Below, in pieces: positions 18,263 to 26,572 of a stretch of DNA of 56,928 nt. How positions within the stretch are numbered: the stretch's first letter is position 1; each line of letters starts with the position of its first letter. The position numbers and the translations under genes were made by a program. The DNA is from a virus. Its lineage: Duplodnaviria; Caudoviricetes. The stretch covers positions 1 to 56,928 of IMG/VR virus record IMGVR_UViG_3300026097_000028. One strand, given 5' to 3'. Below the pieces are notes generated by a model, which did not search any database, was not told where the DNA came from, and saw only the letters and a list, made by a program, of their open reading frames with translations.

Positions 18263-19141
18263 ATGAAAGAACTCATCGTTACTGGTGATAGTTGGACATT
18301 TGGTAGTGAAATCCGAAATCCTGAATTATTTTCTAAATACAAAGATATACCTGATTGGGATGAAAGAAATGATGAGTATAGGATTTCACGTATTTGGCCA
18401 ACTTTACTATCTAAAAAATTAGGATTTGATTCTTGTAAAAACTTATCATTTGTAGCTGCATCTAATGATAAAGCAATACGAAATCTTATAAATTATTTAA
18501 CAAAAGAATATATTTCTAAAAATAAAGATTTAAGTGATATATTTGTTGTAATTGGGTTAACCTCACCTGAACGTAGAGATTTTTACTATAAAAATAAAAA
18601 AAGTAATTCAGGTTGGATAACATTATGGCCAGCATGGGAACATAACTATAATCAAGAAGGTGTAAATGATTTTGTAAAATCATACGTATCATATTTTTGG
18701 AATGAAGAAGAATTCCTAAACAGATATGTAAATCAATTATTATACTTACAAACTCTATTAGAATCGTATAATATACAATACTTAATATTCCAGTCCTTTT
18801 ATCAACCACAAATTGATTATTATAAAATAAATACGTGGAAAGATACACCATATGTAAATTTATGGAATAATTCTTTTCATGGTTCATCCGATACCATAGA
18901 TACTAAATATTATAATGGTTCATCTGAACGTGAAATTTGGGATATGATTAATCCTATAAAATTTATGAATAAAGATAAAGATATTCATTCTTTTCATGGT
19001 TATTTGGTTAAAAATGGTCAATGGTCTAATAAATCAAATACTGATTATAATATGTTACATCCAAATGAACATGGTCATAAACTATGGGCAGATGAATTAT
19101 ACAACTATATAGAATCTAATAATTTATATAGAAAAATATAG
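18263..19141 (+). CDS. SGNH/GDSL-fold hydrolase-like protein
   Basis: Block I IVTGDSWTFG, ASND, C-terminal HPNEHGHKLWA. Confidence 0.6.
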   Translation: MKELIVTGDSWTFGSEIRNPELFSKYKDIPDWDERNDEYRISRIWPTLLSKKLGFDSCKNLSFVAASNDKAIRNLINYLTKEYISKNKDLSDIFVVIGLTSPERRDFYYKNKKSNSGWITLWPAWEHNYNQEGVNDFVKSYVSYFWNEEEFLNRYVNQLLYLQTLLESYNIQYLIFQSFYQPQIDYYKINTWKDTPYVNLWNNSFHGSSDTIDTKYYNGSSEREIWDMINPIKFMNKDKDIHSFHGYLVKNGQWSNKSNTDYNMLHPNEHGHKLWADELYNYIESNNLYRKI

Positions 19142-19160
19142 TTTTTATTTTTATTTAATA

Positions 19161-19168
19161 TACTTATA
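19161..19168 (+). promoter_or_regulatory. Putative late promoter TACTTATA for the scaffold-capsid operon
   Basis: Variant of the recurring motif, followed by a structured leader. Confidence 0.55.
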
Positions 19169-19317
19169 TACTAATAACCCACTCAAATGTGGGTTTTACT
19201 TATTGGTTAATGAATACCCACGAATCTTATATGTGAGGTCACCAAAAAACCGATTTAACTTAATCTACATTGAAAATCCCTAATATTTTCAGAACAAAAA
19301 AAATCGAAAGGTAAATT

Positions 19318-20484
19318 ATGGCAAATTCAAATTTGTTAAAAGAAGCCATCGCTGATGCTAAAGCTGTTAGAGAAACTGCTATTGCAAATGCTAAGATTGC
19401 TCTTGAAGAAGCATTTACTCCACGTTTACAATCTATCTTATCTCAGAAACTTCAACAAGAAATGGAAGAAGGTGATGAGCACGAAGAAGATGTAAATGAA
19501 GAGTATGGAGTAGAAGATACTTCTGATGCGGATTCATCAAAAATCGATGGTGACAACAAACAACCACAAGACAAGGTGAACAATTCATCTGATGTGGCAA
19601 AAACAAACCCAGACACAGATGTTGAAACTGCAGAAGTTGGTATGGAACCAGATGAAGTAGAAAAAGCAAAAGTATCTGAAGGTGAAGATTCTGATGATGA
19701 TAAAGAAGAAGTTGAGGAATCAACTGAAACTGTATCTGAAGAAGCAGAAGAAGTAACCGAAGGTGAGGAAGAGGAAATGGAAGAATCTTATCACGAAGGT
19801 GAAGAAGATGAAGAAGAACTCGACCTTGAATCAATCATCAGAGAACTTGAAGAAGAGCTTGATGATGAGGAAGAAGAAGAAGTTGAAGATATCGCTAAAG
19901 ATGTCGTTGATGGACACGAAGAAGAAATGCACGATGAAGAAGAAGAATCCGAAGAAATGGAAGAAACTTATTCTGAAGGAGACGAAGAATCTGATGATGA
20001 AGAAATCGACTTAGACGAAATCTTGAGAGAGATGGGATATGGGGAAGAAGATGAATCAGAAGAGGAAGTTGAAGAAGCAGTAGAAGAATCTAATGAATTG
20101 GAAGAAGCAAAAGCTGAACTTAGTGAAGCAATGTCTACTATCAAAGAATTGAAATCTACTATCAACGAAGTTAACTTGTTAAATGCAAAACTTCTTTACA
20201 CAAACAAACTATTCCGTTCTTACGAATTGACAAACGAACAAAAAATGAAAGTTGTTGAAACGTTAGACAGAACTAGTAACGTAAGAGAAGTAAAATTGGT
20301 ATTCAGTACATTAGCTGAATCATTCAAATTTACTGGAACTACGAAAAAACAAAAACAAACTGCTAAATTAACTGAATCATTCGCATCTAAACCAGTTGCT
20401 AGTACTGCTCCTAAAAAAGAAGTAATTACTGAATCAACTAACACGATGGCTGATAGATTCAAGCAATTGGCAAACATTAAGTAA
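19318..20484 (+). CDS. Prohead scaffolding/core protein
   Basis: LLKEAIADAKAVRETAIANAK..LEEAFTP N-terminus, very acidic centre, INEVNLLNAKLLY coiled C-terminus, ADRFKQLANIK end; directly upstream of the capsid gene. Confidence 0.85.
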   Translation: MANSNLLKEAIADAKAVRETAIANAKIALEEAFTPRLQSILSQKLQQEMEEGDEHEEDVNEEYGVEDTSDADSSKIDGDNKQPQDKVNNSSDVAKTNPDTDVETAEVGMEPDEVEKAKVSEGEDSDDDKEEVEESTETVSEEAEEVTEGEEEEMEESYHEGEEDEEELDLESIIRELEEELDDEEEEEVEDIAKDVVDGHEEEMHDEEEESEEMEETYSEGDEESDDEEIDLDEILREMGYGEEDESEEEVEEAVEESNELEEAKAELSEAMSTIKELKSTINEVNLLNAKLLYTNKLFRSYELTNEQKMKVVETLDRTSNVREVKLVFSTLAESFKFTGTTKKQKQTAKLTESFASKPVASTAPKKEVITESTNTMADRFKQLANIK

Positions 20485-20515
20485 TTAACAAAAACATAAC
20501 AAAGGAAAAATAAAA

Positions 20516-22117
20516 ATGGCAAATTTTGATTTATCTAAACTTATGGAAGGAAAGAACCCACAACAAGTAATGTTGGCTGAAACTCGCGAGTTGAGAAGCA
20601 AATGGGAACAAACTGGACTTCTTGAAGGTTTAAAAGAAAGAGAGCAATCTCAAATTAGTGTTCTTTTAGAGAACCAAGCAAAACAATTATTAGATGAAGC
20701 AACAGCAACTGGAACTTCTGCAGGTTCAGAAGAGTGGAGTGGTGTTGCATTACCATTGGTAAGAAGAATTTTCGGTGAAATTGCATCGAAAGAATTCGTT
20801 TCTGTACAACCAATGAACTTACCATCAGGACTTATTTTCTATCTTGATTTCAAGTATGGAACTGCTCAAGCAGGTAACCCAGCTTTCGATACTAAATCAC
20901 TTTTCGGTGGTACTGGAAATGATTTGGGTTCAACTGACTCTGCCGTAAATGGTTTATATGGTGAAGGTAGATTTGGATACACAGTAAATGATGTATCTGC
21001 TGCTGACGTAACTGTTATCTCTCAAGCTTCTGCTTCATGGGATGAAGTAGGATATGATTCAGCATTATCTGCATCTGTTGCGGATGGTTCTTTAGCTAAA
21101 ATTATCGTAGCTCAATCTGGATTAGAAGGAGCTGATTTAGATGCAGTTCGTTCATTCGTACTTGCAGATACTGCAATTGATGATTTCTACCCAGCACACT
21201 CTAAAGTATCTGGAGCTAACTTCGTATTCTTTGTATCTCAAACTGGTACAATCGCTGCAGTAGATTCTATTTCTTACTCTAAACAACCAACTGATATCAC
21301 ACGAGGTGATTTCGAAGATAAGAGTCCAGTAATGGGAGGTTCATCTCCTTCTGGTACTGCTTTGGATATTCCAGAAGTAGACTTAGAATTGAAGTCTGAG
21401 GCAATTGTTGCTAAGACAAGAAAACTAAAGGCTGTGTGGACTCCTGAGTTGGCACAAGACTTAAATGCTTACCACTCAATTGATGCTGAAGCTGAATTAA
21501 CTTCTATGTTATCTGAGTACATCTCATTAGAGATTGACTTAGAAATCTTAGATATGTTAAAAGCTAACGCTTTAACAACTGAGTACTGGTCGGTAACTTT
21601 AGGTGAGGAGTACAACTCTGCAACTGGTGCTTGGGTAGCTGGTGGTTCTGCTGCTGCATACAACAAAAACTCTTGGTTCCAAACTTTAGGAACTAAATTG
21701 AACAAAGTTTCTAACAAAATTCACCAATTAACATTAAGAGGTGGAGCTAACTTCGTAGTTGCTTCTCCTGATGTATGTACAATCTTAGAATCTATTCCAG
21801 GATTTACAGTATCTGCTGATAAAGATGCAATGTCTTTCGCAGCTGGTGTAACAACTGTTGGTGCTATTGCAAACAGATATACTGTTTACAAAAACCCTTA
21901 CATGACTTCTAATGAAATCTTATTAGGATTCAAAGGTTCTAACTTCTTGGAAACTGGTGCAGTTTATGCTCCTTATGTTCCATTAATCATGACGCCACTT
22001 GTTTATGACCCAACAAACTTTACACCACGTAGAGGGGTAATGACAAGATACGCTAAGAAAATGGTTAGACCAGAATTCTACGGAAAAATCTATGTTAAAG
22101 ATTTAGCTAACGTATAA
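20516..22117 (+). CDS. Major capsid protein (T4 gp23-like)
   Basis: LLENQ, LPLVRRIF..FVSVQPMNLPSGLIFY, AKTRKLKAVWTPELAQDLNAYH, GAVYAPYVPL, FTPRRGVMTRYA. Confidence 0.97.
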   Translation: MANFDLSKLMEGKNPQQVMLAETRELRSKWEQTGLLEGLKEREQSQISVLLENQAKQLLDEATATGTSAGSEEWSGVALPLVRRIFGEIASKEFVSVQPMNLPSGLIFYLDFKYGTAQAGNPAFDTKSLFGGTGNDLGSTDSAVNGLYGEGRFGYTVNDVSAADVTVISQASASWDEVGYDSALSASVADGSLAKIIVAQSGLEGADLDAVRSFVLADTAIDDFYPAHSKVSGANFVFFVSQTGTIAAVDSISYSKQPTDITRGDFEDKSPVMGGSSPSGTALDIPEVDLELKSEAIVAKTRKLKAVWTPELAQDLNAYHSIDAEAELTSMLSEYISLEIDLEILDMLKANALTTEYWSVTLGEEYNSATGAWVAGGSAAAYNKNSWFQTLGTKLNKVSNKIHQLTLRGGANFVVASPDVCTILESIPGFTVSADKDAMSFAAGVTTVGAIANRYTVYKNPYMTSNEILLGFKGSNFLETGAVYAPYVPLIMTPLVYDPTNFTPRRGVMTRYAKKMVRPEFYGKIYVKDLANV

Positions 22118-22167
22118 TTCGTTAATTAAGTTTAAAACTTAGATATTCTTTAGAGTATCAATAAATT

Positions 22168-22197
22168 AGAGGGATTCCGAAAGGTTTCCCTCTTTTT
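22168..22197 (+). terminator. Rho-independent terminator after the capsid gene
   Basis: AGAGGGATTCC-GAAA-GGTTTCCCTCT followed by a T run. Confidence 0.8.
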
Positions 22198-22232
22198 ATG
22201 TCTAACTTTTAACAAAACTTTAACATTTGAAA

Positions 22233-22264
22233 TTTGGTAAATATGAAAATATATTGTATATTTA
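22233..22264 (+). promoter_or_regulatory. Bacteroidota-type sigma70 promoter (-33 TTTG / -7 TAnnTTTG-like)
   Basis: TTTG (22233-36), 20-nt spacer, TATATTTA (22257-64) upstream of 22294. Confidence 0.55.
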
Positions 22265-22293
22265 CTATGTAATAAGATTTAAAACTACAAGAT

Positions 22294-22605
22294 ATGACAA
22301 GTAAATTTCAAATTTGGTTAAACAAAGTAAACGAAGAAAGAAAAGATTATTGGAATAAGAACTTTTCTTATAAACAATACGAACCACTTCAAGTTGAAAA
22401 GGGTAAAAAGTATATTAAACTAATGGATGGTACCACCGTATGGGGATTTATCTCAATGGTAGAAGGTTCTATTCAAGGTTCTCCAATTACCAAGGGAGAT
22501 TTACTAAAACCAGCCAATTGGAGAACTCCTGCTAAACATAGTAGAGGTAATATCTTCAACGAAACCGATAGGTGGAATTTTTATGGACCGGATTATTTAA
22601 AGTAA
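22294..22605 (+). CDS. Conserved small phage protein, probably early-expressed
   Basis: GKKYIKL..VWGFI..GDLLKPANWRTPAKHSRGNIF signature. Confidence 0.65.
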   Translation: MTSKFQIWLNKVNEERKDYWNKNFSYKQYEPLQVEKGKKYIKLMDGTTVWGFISMVEGSIQGSPITKGDLLKPANWRTPAKHSRGNIFNETDRWNFYGPDYLK

Positions 22606-22673
22606 TTTATTTAAACTAATTTTATTCGTTCGTTATTTTACTTTATATTTATATTAAATAGGAGAATAAAATT

Positions 22674-22943
22674 ATGGAAGAAACAACTATCAATCCAATA
22701 ATAGAATTAAAACAAGAAGCATTTCAATCATTTATAGATGATGCTAAAAATTCTGAATTAGTAGCATCGGGTAAATATGGTATCCATGAATATGTAGATG
22801 GTGAATGGGTAACTAAAGAAATTGACCAAGCTGATTACATTAATTATAATCATCACCCATTATCAGAGGATTTTATAGTTAGTGAAAAATATATTCAACT
22901 GAACGCAGATTACCACGCATATCCATTTGTTGTATTAAAATAA
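22674..22943 (+). CDS. Hypothetical acidic protein
   Basis: TATTTATA at 22646 and AGGAG upstream; terminator downstream. Confidence 0.6.
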   Translation: MEETTINPIIELKQEAFQSFIDDAKNSELVASGKYGIHEYVDGEWVTKEIDQADYINYNHHPLSEDFIVSEKYIQLNADYHAYPFVVLK

Positions 22944-22952
22944 TAAAAAGTT

Positions 22953-22978
22953 AAAGGGAACTTTGGTTCCCTTTTTTT
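22953..22978 (+). terminator. Rho-independent terminator
   Basis: AAAGGGAAC-TTTG-GTTCCCTTT followed by a T run. Confidence 0.8.
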
Positions 22979-23049
22979 ATGTCGGATTCTCTCCTTTTTC
23001 TTAATCTTATATTTATAGTAGTATAATTGTATAATAAGGAGAGTAATAT

Positions 23050-24201
23050 ATGTCTCAAGCTCGTATTTGGACAGGTTCATCAACATTCACTTCTGGTTCT
23101 TCCACTCCCTTTGGTATTTATGATTCGGATTTAATCTTCCAATCAGACGCACCGAAAGTGGCATCGTGGTGTGCACAACGATTAGGTTATCCTATCATTG
23201 ATGTAGAATTAGAAGAACAAAACTTCTTCGCAGTATTTGAAGAAGCAGTTTCAGAGTATTCTGCACAAGTAAACCAATTCAACATAAGAAATAACTTAGG
23301 TTCCTTGGAGGGACAACCGACTGGAACAAACTACACTCACCAATCGGTAAATGGTTCGGAGTTAAACAATATCATTGCCATATCAGAGCAATATGGTTCA
23401 TTGGCAAATGTAGGTGGTAGAACTGATATTAAAAAAGGTAGTGTTGATGTAATCTCCGGACAACAAGAATACGATTTACAAACTCTTTGGGCAGATGTAA
23501 GTGAAAGTGGTGAGAGATTGGATATTACAACTGTATTTTACGAAGCAACTCCCGCTATACAACGTTTCTTTGACCCTTATTCGGTAAGTGGACAAGGGAC
23601 GTTAAACTTAATTGATGAATTTGGGTTTGGTTCATTCTCACCAGCTGCACAATTTATTTTAATGCCAATTTACGAAGATTTATTAAGAATCCAACAAATT
23701 GAATTCAATGACCAGATGAGAAAATCTGCTCATACCTTTAATATAGTAAATAACAAACTTCAGATTTTCCCTTTACCAACTTCTAATTTTAAAATGTATT
23801 TTGAATACATGGTTAAAAAAGATGTAAGAGAAGCTGGAGCAGTTATTTTACCAAATGTAGTATCTGATTATTCAAATATTGGATACAACTTTGCACAATA
23901 TACGAATATCAACGATGTTGGTAAACAATGGATTAGAAAATACACTCTTGCCCTTTCAAAAGAAATGTTGGGTGCAGTTAGAGAAAAGTATTCCACAGTT
24001 CCAATTCCAGGTTCAGATGTTTCTTTAGATGGTGCAGCTTTAAGAGCAGAAGCACAAACAGAAAAGGATAACTTAATAGAACAATTAAGAGAGAACCTCA
24101 ACGAAGTAAGTAAAAAAACAAGAATGGAAAACGAAGCAGCGATGGTTGACCAACAACAATCGGTGATGAACAAGGTTCCATTAGCAATATACGTAGGATA
24201 A
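23050..24201 (+). CDS. Neck/head-tail adaptor protein (T4 gp13-like)
   Basis: RLGYPIIDVEL, QWIRKYTLALSKEMLG..R.KY..VPIPG..VSLDG..L..EA motifs. Confidence 0.8.
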   Translation: MSQARIWTGSSTFTSGSSTPFGIYDSDLIFQSDAPKVASWCAQRLGYPIIDVELEEQNFFAVFEEAVSEYSAQVNQFNIRNNLGSLEGQPTGTNYTHQSVNGSELNNIIAISEQYGSLANVGGRTDIKKGSVDVISGQQEYDLQTLWADVSESGERLDITTVFYEATPAIQRFFDPYSVSGQGTLNLIDEFGFGSFSPAAQFILMPIYEDLLRIQQIEFNDQMRKSAHTFNIVNNKLQIFPLPTSNFKMYFEYMVKKDVREAGAVILPNVVSDYSNIGYNFAQYTNINDVGKQWIRKYTLALSKEMLGAVREKYSTVPIPGSDVSLDGAALRAEAQTEKDNLIEQLRENLNEVSKKTRMENEAAMVDQQQSVMNKVPLAIYVG

Positions 24202-24205
24202 GAAT

Positions 24206-24760
24206 ATGCCAAAGTTTTTCAATGCAAAAGATTTGGATTTCATCAAAACAATCGCTGAAGAAGTGGTTGATTATGTGGTAGAACAAGCAGTGGTTCTATT
24301 CAAAGTATCAGTTGGTGAAACAAAAACCAATTTATATGGAGAATCACTTGGTAAGGTCTGGCATGCACCTGCTACTCTAATGACAATTGTAGATAGAGAA
24401 CCTCAAAATGTAGTTTACGAAGGATTTGGTGCAGATAAATCTCAATTAGTAGAGTTCAGATTCAATAGACAAAGATTAAGAACTGAAACTCTTCCAAAAT
24501 TACGAGATATGAATGGTACTTTGATACCGGCGGATGCAATTCAAAACTCACAATATGGATATCCGGAGATTGGTGATGTTATTTTATTCGATGGTTCATA
24601 TTATGAAATCGATAATGTTAGAACTTCTCAGTTAATTGGTGGTTCAACTGAAATATACAACAAAGAAACTAATACTTTTGAAGATGCCCGAATGAACTTA
24701 ATCGCAACGGCAGTAAAAGTAAGAAAATCTCAAGTACAAATAGAAGATAGGACATACTAA
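24206..24760 (+). CDS. Neck/head closure protein (T4 gp14-like)
   Basis: NLYGES, YPEIGDVI..YYEIDNV; follows the gp13-like gene. Confidence 0.65.
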   Translation: MPKFFNAKDLDFIKTIAEEVVDYVVEQAVVLFKVSVGETKTNLYGESLGKVWHAPATLMTIVDREPQNVVYEGFGADKSQLVEFRFNRQRLRTETLPKLRDMNGTLIPADAIQNSQYGYPEIGDVILFDGSYYEIDNVRTSQLIGGSTEIYNKETNTFEDARMNLIATAVKVRKSQVQIEDRTY

Positions 24761-25878
24761 TGGCAGTAGACCCACTAAAAAATACGAATATCAATCGTGG
24801 AGAACAGATAAAACGAGAACCTATTGAAAAAGGTAGAGGTGTTCGTTTATATGATGTGGATTTGGCAATAGCCGAACACATGATTGATACTGTTGTACCC
24901 ACCGTAGAGGTGTTTAGAGAGAAAACTAAGGTTCCTGTCATGTATGGTAACCCTGAACGTTGGAAAGCGGTTAGAAAAGATGGATATCTTCGTGATAAAC
25001 AAGGACAAATTCAAATCCCTCTTATTATGTTCAAGAGAAATTCAGTTGTTCGTGATGACCAGATGGCTTCTTCCATGAATCGTCATGTTTTTTACCCAAC
25101 TGTTACCAAATTCTCAAAAAAACATAAATACGATAGATTTTCTGCAATGTTCAACACTCAAAGGCCGGTTGAACACTATAATATAACAATGCCCGATTAC
25201 GTAACAGTTAGTTATGAGGTAATGATATGGACTGATTTTACAGAACATATGAATGAAATAGTTGAGGCATTCCAATATGCAACTGATGAGTATTGGGGAG
25301 ATAAAAGTGGATTCAAATTTAGAGTTCGTATTGATTCTTTTGATAATACTACCGAAGTTGGTGAAGGTTCTCAGAGAATTGTTCGTACTACTTTTACTAT
25401 GGTAGTAAATGCATATCTTTTACCCGAAAAATTTGATAATGAATTAACTCATATAAAATCCCTATCACCGAAAAAAGTAGTTTGGGGTATGGAAACTGAT
25501 TTAACTAGTGGATTGGGTAATCAATCTGCACAAACTCAAAAAATGTACAACGAATACTCGGATGTAATTGATTTTATGTCTATTCGTGGTTCTAAACAAG
25601 CAGAGTTTATTGATAGTGAAACTGTAAAATTAACAAATGTAGAATTACCAAAACTCCCACCTGAACTTCAAGGTTCGTTTGATACCAATGATTGGTTCAG
25701 AGTGTATATTAATGGAGTATTTATTCGAAATGGTATTTACACTTATTCTTATGATTATACAACTAAAGAAATAACATTTGTTTTTGATACTGCTTCACCA
25801 TCAAGTACTACTACTCTTGGTTATGTTCTTGAGAATACTGATGAAATAGGGGTAACTGGAAAGTTTATTGAACTATGA
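24760..25878 (+). CDS. Tail terminator/sheath stabiliser (T4 gp15-like) with C-terminal extension
   Basis: KVPVMYGNPERW..IPLI..PDYVTVSYE..IWT..MNEIVE; synteny. Confidence 0.65.
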   Translation: MAVDPLKNTNINRGEQIKREPIEKGRGVRLYDVDLAIAEHMIDTVVPTVEVFREKTKVPVMYGNPERWKAVRKDGYLRDKQGQIQIPLIMFKRNSVVRDDQMASSMNRHVFYPTVTKFSKKHKYDRFSAMFNTQRPVEHYNITMPDYVTVSYEVMIWTDFTEHMNEIVEAFQYATDEYWGDKSGFKFRVRIDSFDNTTEVGEGSQRIVRTTFTMVVNAYLLPEKFDNELTHIKSLSPKKVVWGMETDLTSGLGNQSAQTQKMYNEYSDVIDFMSIRGSKQAEFIDSETVKLTNVELPKLPPELQGSFDTNDWFRVYINGVFIRNGIYTYSYDYTTKEITFVFDTASPSSTTTLGYVLENTDEIGVTGKFIEL

Positions 25879-26207
25879 TAAAGGATTTACAAAAATTACT
25901 AAAACAAGTTCACGAACCAGACGAATATCAGTTGACACCACATAATATGTCCCATCCTTTATATTGGATATGGAAAATTGAGAATGGGAAGATGAAAGAT
26001 TTGGATGTAAAATTAAGACCATTTCGAAACGAACACGCAAGATTTGATATATTTATAAATGGTCAGTATATTTTAGAGAAAGATTATATTTTCGAACAAA
26101 GTGGTAAGGATTTTCATATAAAATTCATAAAAGCTAACTTTGTAGGGGCATATGATTTACAATTAACTGATGATATAAAATTAGAGGGAGATATTGATTT
26201 AGTATGA
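25875..26207 (+). CDS. Hypothetical structural protein
   Basis: FDIFINGQY motif like the RVYINGVF C-terminal module of the previous gene; ATGA coupling. Confidence 0.55.
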   Translation: MIKDLQKLLKQVHEPDEYQLTPHNMSHPLYWIWKIENGKMKDLDVKLRPFRNEHARFDIFINGQYILEKDYIFEQSGKDFHIKFIKANFVGAYDLQLTDDIKLEGDIDLV

Positions 26208-26569
26208 GTAAAGTTAAACCAAGTATCATAACACCCTTCAATGATAAACAGAGATTTAAAAATTTGGTAAATGAGGTAATCGAAGATTCGTGGATTTATA
26301 CTTTGGTACCGGAATCTATTTCTCTTAATCAAACGTTATTTACCTTAAATCTTATAAACAAGAAATTTGTTTTTGAGGATATCAAGGTTGATAATTTATC
26401 AGATTATATTGATGTTTACTTGATGGGAGTAAAGAAAACATCTGATATGTATGTGGTTACAGAGGTAGGAAATAATATAGTAATAACTTTTACTCAATCA
26501 ATTACACTACGTCCTCGTGATATAGTAAAAACTGATTTTATGGTAAAAGGAAAAATAGTGAGTAGGTAA
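26204..26569 (+). CDS. Hypothetical structural protein
   Basis: IDVYLMGVK..VKGKIV, similar small beta module; ATGA coupling. Confidence 0.55.
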   Translation: MSKVKPSIITPFNDKQRFKNLVNEVIEDSWIYTLVPESISLNQTLFTLNLINKKFVFEDIKVDNLSDYIDVYLMGVKKTSDMYVVTEVGNNIVITFTQSITLRPRDIVKTDFMVKGKIVSR

Positions 26570-26572
26570 TAA

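Noticed and set aside
19450-20120. GAA-rich low-complexity tract as a separate repeat element
   Set aside because: Explained by the Glu-rich centre of the scaffolding protein
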